NCBI GenBank assembly: GCA_047495785.1
Contig: JBLDXI010000023.1
Location: 868,001-932,000, forward strand
DNA length: 64,000 bases
Direction of reading: 5' to 3'
Source: Lepidodermella squamata
Taxonomy: Eukaryota; Animalia; Gastrotricha
Below the pieces are notes generated by a model, which was not told where the DNA came from, ran no database searches, and was given only the letters and a program-made list of their open reading frames with translations. Shown here piece after piece: positions 23,801 to 34,967 of this stretch; positions within the stretch are counted from its first letter, which is position 1; every line of letters starts with the position of its first letter. The position numbers and the translations under genes are program-made.

Positions 23801-26418
23801 TGAAATTCGATGACATAAACGTAGCAGATAACTTCTCCAAAAATCTGATTTTCAACAATGTCGTGAAGGATTTCCTTAAACTTGAGATTAAAAACTCGAG
23901 CACAAAGGTCGGGGCGATCAGCAGCAGTTTGCAGAAGGTTACCATCGGAGTCACGTAACAAATTGTCCTGAATTTCGGGCCAATTAGGATTGCATGTTGT
24001 AGTAATAAACAAATCCGGTTTCCCAAAGTGGGCAACGCGAGCCATAGCATCATGGTACAACTGGAAATTATGACGCGGCGAGCCAATGTGTGTCGCAGGA
24101 AGGATAATGGAGCGTCCAATATTACCCAACTCTCTTTCTCCTTCTCGATGTGCATCCATTACTCCTTGATAGAGCTCAGCCCTGATCGTTTTCTGATTTT
24201 CTCGCACCCAATGCAATCGATTTGATTCGATTTTAGCCCAAACGTCGCAAGCAAATTGATGAAATAATCGGCCGTACAAAAATAAATTTGAAGAATCGCG
24301 CAATTGGAACAAATAATTGTAATAATCCAGATCCGTCAGTTTCTCATCGCATGTCAATGACTTCTTCATGTTATAAGTCCAACCGGGATTCCCCTCGGGA
24401 AACAACAAAACGTAATGAAGCGGATCGTAAAGAGGAGAATTTTCATTAACACGTTGAAGACCGCCTTCACGTAAACGCAATACAACATCGCGCGGCTGTC
24501 AACGTGAAAAGAATTATTAATGGTTTAAAATAGCATCTTTTGAAATATCAACTCACTTCTTTAATTCCAGGGTCATCAGGAATTAGAGCAGCGACTTCTG
24601 AAGACGTCGGTAAATTGTATCGCCTCTTATCCATTTCATTAGGATCGCAACGTAAAAATAAATTCAAATTCGGAGAGTTTCGAAGAATTTCATGAGCTTG
24701 TTTGTAAATGGCCACGTAAGGATTGAAATTATGAAGTTCCGCTTGGATTTCAGCGACCAAGACAGGATTCAAGTTCTTCAAGTGTCGCAATCGATTAGTA
24801 GCTTCATTATCGCTATCGATAATGTACAGCTGAGCAAACTTGGGAATGTCTCCTGGAACAGGTTCAAGTGCGCCGTGTGAATGGTGTAGGCTTCCACAAA
24901 ACCTGAAGGTTGACCATTCCACACTTCTATCGAGACCGGGTACCCCCAAAGACGTGAAAGCAAAGGCTGAATTGAACGCGCGTACTTCACTGCGAAATGT
25001 CTTGCCAAGAGGCGAATTTTCGAAGAGCAGCTTTTTGAACAGCGGTGTAGGCTGAGGGAACGGTGGAAGTACGATTTTCCCATTAGCACAGCAACGAAAT
25101 GAAGGGTTGCCAATGGTTGACTTGTCAATTTTTTCCTTCATGAAGAATATAGCATTGCAGTGGCGACATTTCGACGATAACTGTCCAATATTGTTTTGGT
25201 TAACTTTCCGCTCGTCATTGAACTCTTTCCGAGCAGCAAGACGTAACCTCTTCACGCCTTTAGGGCGACCAGCGACTGGAGCCGCTTCGTTGACGAAGTT
25301 CTCCAACTCCAAATCATCTACAGAAATGAATAATTGATAAAAACGGAGGGTCTCGAAATGGAGACATTATACCTCCTTCCAAAAGTCCGTCGATGGCCGG
25401 AGCAGAAGGCAGGGGAGTTTCTTGGCGTTCGATTCCGCCAATGCCGGGAATGTCCATTTCATCGTCAGACAATTCTACTGGATCTACATAACATGGTTAA
25501 CGGAATTTAGGATTTTTTATAAACAATGAAATCTCACCATGAACGTATCTGCTAGTGGAAGGGGCGTCAAGCATAGAAGTTGGTCTCTTGACAGCTGAAT
25601 AGGAAAAAGGGTAAAAAAAAAGATATCGTTTCGACCAATCATTACCAGTTATAGTGGGTGAAGCAGACTTAGGGTTTACAGGTGTGAACCTGAACCTTGG
25701 CTGAGGCGAGGGCGAGGACGCCGGTGAGGACAGGCGAAGCGATGCTATTGGAATAATAGGAGTTTGGGGTCGGGGAGAAACTAAAACAAAAAACAAAAAA
25801 TCTTAAACGCTTAGGATTCTAGGATGAAAGCACCTTTACCTGACAATATAGGTCTCGGTTGTCTGAAACATGCTGCAGATTGAGGCCTTACAGTCACAGG
25901 CGTACCAGGATTAAGTGCTCGCAAGTACTGCGGGGGGTTGAACGCTGGAGGAGAAGCCAGTACTGAACAATCGACATACAAAGAATCACTCTGTTGAAAT
26001 GATTAAATTGTGATCCTACTTTCATCATCTACTGCTGTATTGCTCCTCTTCGGCGGAGGGCCTATAACAACGGGACCGCTAACATTACGCTGAACGGCGA
26101 TCAATGATGACGGTCGAATTGGGGGAATAGCGGGAGGGGAAGGCAATTCTAATTTGAGAAATCGAGTGAACACATTTCATGAACTGAATTGATGTGCTTA
26201 CCTTCATCTTCGCGAAAGGGTGTTGCCCTTTTAGGCGGAGGTCTAATCATCACAGAGGTGGGAGGGTTCATGGGCCTGAGCACGACCTTTGGAGATGCAG
26301 TAGATGCTGTAGCTAAATTCAGGCTTGTTAAGTTAGTAGATTATATTGGTGAAACATGTCTACCTCCATCTTCTGCTACTGCTTGCAACAATCGAAAAGG
26401 AACCGGTTTTCGTGACAT
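20812..26418 (-). CDS. Helitron RepHel (HUH Rep endonuclease plus PIF1-family SF1 helicase), multi-exon
   Basis: Zn finger CRHC...CC; Rep motifs PDLFITTTCNPNW, EFQKRGLPHSH, KYHYKYVYKG; helicase motifs GYGGCGKT, IIWDEAPM, GGDFRQCLPV, AMTINKSQG, HGQLYVALSR; joined by ~55-bp introns. The Pro-rich 5' exons (25.3-26.4 kb) and start at 26418 are tentative. Confidence 0.93.
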
Positions 26419-27788
26419 GGCCACGAATGTCAGCAATACAACTGTACAAATGATGTCACGCAGACGAACAGACATATGCACACGTAGACACACACACATG
26501 TACACACATAGGGTTGAGAGCTAACATAACCAGAACTGAGAAGCCAACTATACAAAGCTGAAAGTTAAGGTTGAGAAACTTTAACAACTCAGAACTGAGC
26601 TAAGAGCTAAGAACTATACAAAACTGTACACCTGCCTGCTCGCAGTAAACAAAAAGCAAAGAAACAAATATAATACACTAAGTACTCAGTACTCGATACT
26701 CGATAGTCGTAAGTAGTCAGCAGTCAATGGTTGGATCGTCCTTAAACCGTGATTAACGCAAGACACCGGGCGGAGCCGTTTAATGTAACAATTTAAACTC
26801 CTATATATAAACGCAAGTTAAAATTGTCATTCTCTCTGCATAGAGAAGCTGTGCAAGAGGCCTGGGGACATGAAGTCCTTCTTGAGGTATCCATAACACA
26901 CGGACGCTAGACGGCGGTTCAAAACTGCCGCTGCGCGCCGCCGAAATCAAAATTTAAACTTTTCAGTTTTTAACACATGTTTGATTAAATTTTAATTTTA
27001 CAAATTAAAAAAAATTATTGATCAAATTATTCAATTTAAAAAATTTATTTTAGGAAATCGGGGGTAAGAAGCGCTTTTCGAAAGGGAAGTATTTTCTTAG
27101 TAGATTAGATTAACAGTGAAAGGGGTTGGGTTTGATTTGATACCTCAAAGGAAAACACGGCTTGTTCAAAGACAACCATGTTCAAAACAAAACATCAACT
27201 TTTCAAACCAAAACTTGAAAATTCAAAGCGAGTTTTGAAATGTTTTGATTTTTTTAAACCGAAGGTTTTCCGATGTTAGTCGTCATGTTTGGATAAAAAA
27301 CCGTAAATAAACGAAATAAGCGAATGAGACTGGATCAATAAAGTGTTTTACGTGTTACTTCTTTTGATCAAAACCAAAACAAAACCAAAGCTCAGCCTCA
27401 TCCTTTCAAAGCAAATCAAACCAAAACAAAGCAAACATTTTCGAAAGCTAAAACCTAAAACATGTTTTTACAGTCTATGACAACTACCTTGTCCATGATA
27501 AACTCCTTGTTTCCCCATTTACTGTTTCTCTTACGCACCGTCGTCGGCGAGCGTAGCTTCAGCATATTGTACACTCGAGCCTGATCAGATTTTGGAAGTA
27601 TTTTCCTTCTTAGTCGTAGGATGATGGAAAAGCGAGATCATAATTATGACTTTAAAAAACGAATCCAGTCGCCTAATCTGACAGTGTTCAGCTTTTATTC
27701 AGCCATCTTCAGGGTCTGACAACAAGTAAGGATATCAACAATCAAGTTTCGAGACTAATATTAAACAAGTTTACCATCAAAAATTAAT

Positions 27789-28403
27789 CACAATATTTTA
27801 GCAGGATACTTTTGCAGTTTCGAGTCTTTTTATTTCATAAAGATGTTATATATATTTGTGCGACGTTTCGGCCAGATGGTTATACATTGTGTTTGAGGTT
27901 GTAAGTTGAAAAAAATCTGCACGCTGATTGGTCAGTTGGCTCGTATCCATGACTCCGCCCTGCTACTTGATCGTGCGATCCATAAAATGTTTGCAAAAAA
28001 CAGCTTTTTATCAATGGTTTTACGCATTTGTTGGAAACGCGTGCTACGATACGGCCTTCGTAAAAATAATAAAAGCCACAAATTATATAGATCGCACGAT
28101 AAAGTAGCAGAGCGGAGTCATGGATACGAGCCAACTGACCAATCAGCGTGCGGATTTTTTTCAACTTACAACATTGTGTGACCACTTGCGCGTTCGAAGT
28201 TTTTTTCTCCAATGCTTTTGTATGGAGAAGTCATGCACATAGCAAAAAGTGGTCACACAATGAACCTCAAACACAATGTATTTTGTGCTAAGATACTGCC
28301 TGACGATGGCCTCTTTGTGGCCGAAACGTCGCACAAATATATATAACATCTTTATGAAATAAAAAGACTCGAAACTGCAAAAGTATCCTGCTAAAATATT
28401 GTG
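27789..28403. mobile_element. Fold-back element with nested inverted repeats; probable Penelope-like retroelement remnant (inverted pLTR)
   Basis: Outer IR 27789-27874 / 28318-28403; inner IR ~27899-27980 / 28090-28171; 18-bp IR 27883-27900 / 28263-28280; the right arm carries a hammerhead motif followed by AATAAA; 17-bp direct repeat at 27777-27793 and 28463-28479. Confidence 0.7.
28281..28342 (+). ncRNA. Minimal type I hammerhead ribozyme
   Basis: UGC-CUGACGA-U-GGCC-ucuuugu-GGCC-GAAA-CGUC^GCA: catalytic core, 4-bp stem II, palindromic ACGU stem III, GUC cleavage triplet (cut after 28330), stem I UGC/GCA extendable by UUUG/CAAA. Confidence 0.7.
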
Positions 28404-28952
28404 TAAATACACCGGGTCAATAATGCACTACGATTCGATCCCAACATCTATCGGTTCGGTATTCAAAAATTAATCACAAGAATCAACGACAGAAATATAA
28501 TCTATTAAAATAAATATTGTTAAGTAACTTTCCCATTTCATTCTATTGATAATTATTTGTGAAAAAGAAGAAATTGGTTGAACTTTGTATTATTTGCCGG
28601 GACACAAATAATGATGTTATGTTTCATGTTTTAAGAGTGACCGCGGCAAGATGCGATTCAATTATCCGTTCAATTCCAGAGTCTAGTTTCGCCTCTGGCC
28701 AAATCAGCACAGGTTCCGGTATACATTATCTGTTTAACTCTTATAGCTTATAGCCAATTCAGCTGTCGAATCAACCAGTAGAAATCTGGGTTGTAACCTG
28801 CTCTTTGAAGAACGGTAAAAACTCTAAGCAAAACAGAGTACATTTAGGAGTTTTATTCAATTTTGATCATTTCGAGATTCCCGTGGGGCTCGTCTACGCT
28901 ATTTATTTGCCTGAGCTCCTCAATCTGGTAGTAACATTCCAAGGACTAATCG

Positions 28953-30095
28953 CTAATGCCCCTCGGAATTTCGGGAATACGCGTTCAGCTCTCGTCGAAA
29001 TGAGACTTCAAGGACGAGAATGCAAGTCAATGTGAAGGCTGTAAATGCTGCTAAGGAAGCCATAGCATCCATCAACCTAATTCGAGACAGTTTAAATCGC
29101 CCATGAACCGTTACCTTCCGATTGAACCATTTGGCGAACTTTTTAGCGATATAACACGTTACAAATGCATATACAGTGATCAGCAGAGTCAACAATTCGC
29201 ATGACCGTGTGAAATCACTGAGCAACATCCGTCCTGGTTTCGCCGGTGTCCTTCGGCTGACTTCAAGCCTTAAAACAGTCATTGCGAGAAGAACAGTAAT
29301 TGCTAATCCAGGTCTCAGTGGTTTAGTTGCGTGGATGGCTATTGAAAGGAACTGCATCAAGGTCAACATCGTGCAAGGAACCATGAGAAACCGAATGTAG
29401 AAATGAGGCCGTCGACGAAAGTAGCAGTTGAAGCTAATATCACGCTTATTTTTGCGTAATGCACCCATTAATTCCCAGTTATCGAAATTGTAAGCAGAAT
29501 GGGCGACTAATAATGCGCTGTTGCCATATGTAACATCTTGGTGTCTATTCCCTATGCGAAGTTGGATTGAACACATTTGATTGTCAAACGGGAAGTTTGA
29601 TAAGTTGATATCGCATTGAGAAGAGATGACACCTCTCAGATTCAATTGAAATGAAGCTTCACCCCCTTGTGTTGTGATGAGTAGTTCCTTCTGAAAGTTC
29701 TTAATCGCCGGATCATTGACAGAATTCTCGTGATATACCAGGGGTGTCCAGAAAAGCGAGGCATTTGGATAGAAAACTTCCTTTCCATTTTGAAACTTCC
29801 TCAGTTCTAGACAGCTAACTTTCCAAGCTACTCGGAGATTGATCAGCAACTTGAAGCTCTGGGAAACATCGTCAATGCCATAATTGCGACTGACGACAAG
29901 GTTCAGATTGATCCTTGTCGGGGTGCAGGAATGGTCGGAGTAAGCGAAGCTGCTGCTAGTGTTGCAGTTCGGGTTCATAGATTCAACCGAAAAGTGGCTG
30001 CAATTGTTCAGCAAAGCTATACTTCTAGCATTTGCTACCGCCGAGAACTGCAAGCTTGAGCTGACGCTCGATAGTAGGACGACTGTAAAAATCAT
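28953..30095 (-). CDS. Highly divergent Cys-loop LGIC subunit, subfamily D (single exon)
   Basis: Signal peptide; CDINLSNFPFDNQMC; M2 KPLRPGLAITVLLAMTV; close paralog of 18434-19573. Confidence 0.9.
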   Translation of the reverse strand: MIFTVVLLSSVSSSLQFSAVANARSIALLNNCSHFSVESMNPNCNTSSSFAYSDHSCTPTRINLNLVVSRNYGIDDVSQSFKLLINLRVAWKVSCLELRKFQNGKEVFYPNASLFWTPLVYHENSVNDPAIKNFQKELLITTQGGEASFQLNLRGVISSQCDINLSNFPFDNQMCSIQLRIGNRHQDVTYGNSALLVAHSAYNFDNWELMGALRKNKRDISFNCYFRRRPHFYIRFLMVPCTMLTLMQFLSIAIHATKPLRPGLAITVLLAMTVLRLEVSRRTPAKPGRMLLSDFTRSCELLTLLITVYAFVTCYIAKKFAKWFNRKVTVHGRFKLSRIRLMDAMASLAAFTAFTLTCILVLEVSFRRELNAYSRNSEGH

Positions 30096-31244
30096 GTCTA
30101 ATTTGCAAATGCTGAAAATCCTCGGCTACGTTTGCATGAAAATCACGCGTTCGGCAACAATGTGTGAGTATTTACAAGGAAATTACAGGGGATCGAATAA
30201 ACGAGGCAACTGGTACAATCTCTGGAGTACTCTGGTGATCGATATTTTTTGAAGTTTTGTCAAGTTTTGCTGGTCCAGGAAATTTCACTCCATGTATGAG
30301 GTCGCAGATTTTTCTCGGAACTGATATTTCTAGCCCACCCGACTGCTGGCTGCAATCGACTTGTCTCGATCTCGTCGCGGATACAGAACCCGCTTTAGCT
30401 CTTGATCTATGACTCCTTATCAGCTGGGATGCCGGTGCGACCAAGCCAACGAATGTGTATGTTCCCGGCCCGAGCGCCGAGCGGCAAGTCGATTCTACCC
30501 GTCTGCGTACGGGCCGAATTCGGACTCGGGCCCAAACAAGAGTGTTACTTTACGAAAAAATATTATCCCATATGAGCAGTTTGGTTTTATCTCCGAAACA
30601 TCGCGCGGAACTGGTATGAACTAGGAACTATTCAAAGCTCTCAAGTTTAAACTTGTTTTTTCAAAGCGATCTCATCATTCTGATTTGTTTAGCTCTTCAA
30701 TTTTGCATTTGATTCCGCATTTCTTCACGTCGAGGTCGCAGATCTCGCGTTCATTATTTTAATATCATTGTAATTCAGAAGCTCACATTAAAACATTGCC
30801 TTCGGACAGAAAGGAATCCCAAAAGAGAATGAATAATATAATTATGTTACTTCGTAGCCAGTAGGAATGTTTTGATTATCCGAAGCAAGATAGTTAAGTT
30901 TTGCCAGCCATTTTTCAAATACGGCACACGTCATTGTTTCTTTTCTCCTGGCTAAAATGTTGTTGTGCTTTTTTAACTTTTTTATTACCTGTGATAGTGA
31001 ATCCAGTGGAAACAAAAGACTACTCGTGGGTTGCGTAGCTATTAAATATCATTCACAACATTTCCATTGTGTGTTAAATGATGATGCGCATTTCAACTAG
31101 GTAGCTTCATCATCATTCACTTTTCTCAATTGTCATTTGAAACCTCAAGTTTTGTTGAATGCAGTATCAAAAATTTCATCCAAATTCAAAACAATCTGCA
31201 AGATATTTAATTTTGATTTTATACTGAATTTAGAAAATTAAAAA

Positions 31245-32135
31245 ATGCGAAGTGGAATGGCTTTAAGCCTTATGGTGTTTCTGGCCGGGAATATCCAGCC
31301 TTTACTCGCCCAGCTTTTTCTAGATAAATTCTACTCTTTTCTGAAACCGACCGAAGTCATCAACAGCTACCGCGATTCTGTTTTCTCATCGCGACTTCGC
31401 CTCACCACTGAGTTGAATATTTTGAAGCGAATGGTGACGCAGTACGAGAAAACCATCTACTTTCTATCGGACCAGGACGATGAGATCGACAAAATGACCG
31501 AGTCGATAACTTCAATCATCACGGATCTGCCGAATTTGTACGGCAAGACGAAAACTGCAATTGAAACACTCGAGCAGCATCTCAAAAACATTACAGCTCT
31601 GAGGAACGAACAAGAAGCTATGGAGTACAAGGTTTTCATTGGCTTCGACGAAGTTTTTGACAGTAGGTTTCTAGTTCCTATTCATTTCTTGTGATAATCT
31701 AGTGAATCTTCAATAGGATCGAGGGAGATTATGAGCAATATGGGGGCAACTCCTGAAGAACTTCCCAAGGAGGCCTGGGAACTCATTGGTGTGACGCGTG
31801 TCCGTGTTGCTTACAACTACTCGACCCCGCTACGCCAGGAACAGTCAATCTTCAAGCAGGGCATCGACGCGTGGGAGAAGGGAGACTACGAATCGGCTTA
31901 CGATCTGTTCGAGAAGGCCTGGGGTGCTTACAACACAACTGAATCGGTTAAGACACGAGTAAATGCCGATGTGCACATGATTCGCCGGCATGTGGCTCAC
32001 GGCGCGTTGAAAACGCAACGTTGGCAGCGCGTCTATGAGGTCGCTAGTGGCATCGCAGGCGATACGACTTACGACACAAATGTTCGAGATGAGATGAAGA
32101 AAATGGCCGAAGACGCTAAGGAACACCTGTATTAG
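31245..32135 (+). CDS. Secretory-pathway helical/TPR protein resembling prolyl 4-hydroxylase alpha N-terminal and peptide-binding domains, no catalytic domain (exons 31245-31662, 31717-32135)
   Basis: Signal peptide; coiled-coil region; 54-bp in-frame intron 31663-31716; GVTRVRVAYNY and IFKQGIDAWEKGDYESAYDLFEKA resemble P4HA ALLRLQDTYNL and CFELGKVAYTEADYYHTELWMEQA. Gene model is solid, family call tentative. Confidence 0.6.
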
Positions 32136-32887
32136 CTGTTGCGCGGCTGATTCACTGTGAAATATTTCCTAGACAATTTATGATTGTGGCTTCAAGCTTC
32201 CTGGAGCTGACAGCCTCCTAGACTGTTAGACCAGAAGCGGACGGGTTGCAATAAATAAAACTGAAATTTACTTATCAGATAAATCTTGAACTCTCTCTGC
32301 AATGGGTACAGGTGCATGAAAGGCCTCGAAATGTGATTATTTGAGCCTCTACAGCGATAAGTAGAATCCCGAACTAAGGGGTATTTTCGGGCTAACATTT
32401 TTACTATCAAAGCTTTTCTGTTTTTAGGTTTTCAACTTGCGGGCCTTGCGAACTGGGGTAGGTATTTTCAAAATTATAATACCCCACATTCTCCGCATTG
32501 ATACTTGGCGCTCTGATGCTTTGTTTGAGATCAATCATTGCCTTCTAAGACTCTTAATTGCGAATAGTTCTTATACTCTGTGAAATGAGAATGCGATACG
32601 TACATTGAAATGTATTAGGTCGGGCTTTTACCGTCGAATTTCCTGCATGGACTAAACTTAACTGTGTGGCGTTGTTCCATTTGATTAGGATTTCGTTTAC
32701 ACAGCCAATGCATTTGTGTATACCTCGAGTAGCACTTCGCTTATTAGCGATTTTTCAATAATGCTAATCGTCCAAATAAACAGAGCAAATACGTCTAACG
32801 TCAAATTACAAGCTACCAGTGATTTCCTTCAGCTAAATCATGAACATATTATGCCAATTTTCGCGATCGTAATTTGGAGATAGAAAA

Positions 32888-34030
32888 ATGGTGGTTTCCA
32901 TTATCCTATTTCTAAATTTACTTTACGTCGCTGCTACTGGTGCAAATGCGACGACATCTTTCAACCCCACAGAATTTCTTCTCTCTCGCTGCAGAATCGG
33001 TCATGCCGTCAACTCACCAACTGAATCGGAAGGGGTGCCAACGACGCTCAACGTAACATTTCGAGGCGACCGTTTTCGTGGAATCGACGACGTTGCAGAG
33101 ACGATGAGCATGGTTGGAGTATTCATGACAATGTGGCAAGCCGATTGCGCCGCCGAGGCTTACTACGCGCCCGATTGGCCTAAATTTATCACTCTTGTCC
33201 GGGCTGATCTTAGCCAATTCTGGACCCCTGATTTCATGAATGACAACAGCATTTCAAACATTGGAATGGAACAGGGAATTGAGGGATCACTGAAAAGGTT
33301 CGAAATCAGGTTCCCATATGCAATCTTCGTTTACTACTATTATGGGCTGTTCGAAACTGCGTGTAATCTTCAACTGTTCAAATTCCCATTTGACATCCAG
33401 AATTGTGAGATTCGGATCCTTTTAAACAGCAATGTAAGACATGTTGGCGTTGGCAGTTTGGCGTTGGATAATCGTCCTACATTCATGCCAGATAACAGCA
33501 ACTGGGATATGCTAGGCGTAGATATTTTCGTAGACTTCGACCAAAATTACCTGCAGAATGAAACGATACGGTTTACAGTCGTACACATTCGATTTAAAAT
33601 GAAAAGGAAGCCCGATTATTTCGTGCTATGCCTCGTGGCCCCGAGTCTTATTCTTAGTATCTTAGTTCTAGGCTGTTTCTTAGTGCCAGCCGAAGCCCCG
33701 GATCGCCCGACGTTCGCTGCAACTATAATGATGTCTATTTTCGTGCTTCAAAGCCAGATAACGGCCGTTTTGCCCCGAACCCCACGGCCGATTGTGATCT
33801 CTTACTACGTCCTGGGGCAGACTATCTACGCTATGCTATGCACGCTCTTTTCGGGCGCTATGTGCATGTTTGTCAATCGATATCCGGATTTGGCTGAGAG
33901 GCGAGTCGATATTGGGATTCATGGGAAACAGTGGAAATTATCGACATTTTTTGACGTAGCAGCTTTTTCCGTGCTTGTGGCTCTTTTTTTCCTCCTCAAT
34001 ATAGTTTCGACTTCGCTTACCTGGTTCTAG
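32888..34030 (+). CDS. Divergent Cys-loop LGIC subunit, subfamily E (single exon)
   Basis: Signal peptide; FWTPDF; CNLQLFKFPFDIQNC; M2 PDRPTFAATIMM. Confidence 0.93.
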   Translation: MVVSIILFLNLLYVAATGANATTSFNPTEFLLSRCRIGHAVNSPTESEGVPTTLNVTFRGDRFRGIDDVAETMSMVGVFMTMWQADCAAEAYYAPDWPKFITLVRADLSQFWTPDFMNDNSISNIGMEQGIEGSLKRFEIRFPYAIFVYYYYGLFETACNLQLFKFPFDIQNCEIRILLNSNVRHVGVGSLALDNRPTFMPDNSNWDMLGVDIFVDFDQNYLQNETIRFTVVHIRFKMKRKPDYFVLCLVAPSLILSILVLGCFLVPAEAPDRPTFAATIMMSIFVLQSQITAVLPRTPRPIVISYYVLGQTIYAMLCTLFSGAMCMFVNRYPDLAERRVDIGIHGKQWKLSTFFDVAAFSVLVALFFLLNIVSTSLTWF

Positions 34031-34967
34031 ATTCGCAAAAAGAAAAATAACATCGCTGCTTTGCTGTTTCCATCAAAAGTCTATTGTTCGTTTTTGAAGC
34101 ATGATTCAAGAAAATTTGATGCCCCAAGAAAATATGAATATTTGGACCTGTGTGTGTGTGTGTTTGACCTCCCACTTGGACAACATTTTGTTAGTTATTC
34201 GCTGAATACATCGGCTTGATCACGTCTGTATCAGAAGGAATAGTAGCAGGTGCACCATCTCGCCTTCATCTTGCATCAGATTGAGACTCATTTGCGCGAG
34301 CGCTGAAGGCTTCCAAAGAGAGTAGGGCTAAAAAAAATAAGAAGCTTGCGAAATCAGCGCAATTTTTTGAAATGATCTGGTTTGAAGATATCTATGTCGC
34401 ATCCCAATAAACTGGGGGATAAACTGGCTGTTGATGTTTAGATATAAAGGTTGTCAATTTTGATAATGTGAAGGTCTATTCCGCTCGAATATATTAGCAA
34501 TTAGCAGAAGGGAATAAATTTAGACAGAACATCTTCACACTTACATGTATCAGCTAGTGATATTTCAAAAATTAAGCGGCTGATAGTTATTCGTGTAATT
34601 TATTAATAAATGAATAAAAACTCCAATAAACCAAAAATTAACGAGGTGAAACTGCAATGCGCTATCCTTTGATGCTTTATACTGGCTTTTTCTACTAATG
34701 ATGCCAAGATACGTGGCGTAGCTCGGTCAACATCAGCTAATACAACTGTGTATTATTTGTTTACTAGCACCGAGTAGCAGTGTAGATCATGTGGTGGACC
34801 GCGTGTTTACTCAACCTTCAACCTCTAGCTTCCGTGTATTAACAGCTGGAAAATCAGATAATTCCGGGCTCTAATCGGCAAACAAACCTAGAGAATTTCC
34901 CTGCGCTGATTTAGCAGCAATCGCTTAAACCTTTAACCCGTTTTAAGTAATGGAATAATGCGGAATA

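Larger units (their letters stand above)
19861..26800 (-). mobile_element. Autonomous Helitron (3' end exact, 5' end approximate)
   Basis: On the minus strand, a perfect 9-bp GC hairpin GGCGCCCGC-GAA-GCGGGCGCC (19892-19872), then 7 nt, then CTAG followed by T; contains RepHel. The 5' TC terminus is not resolved (candidates about 26735-27110). Confidence 0.9.

Noticed and set aside
26799-27110. Exact 5' end of the Helitron, or a second opposite-strand non-autonomous Helitron starting TCCTATATATAAA
   Set aside because: No unambiguous A|TC junction or matching CTRR end; needs alignment of multiple copies.
27880-28412. Overlapping ORFs with repeated peptides
   Set aside because: Artefacts of the inverted-repeat structure.
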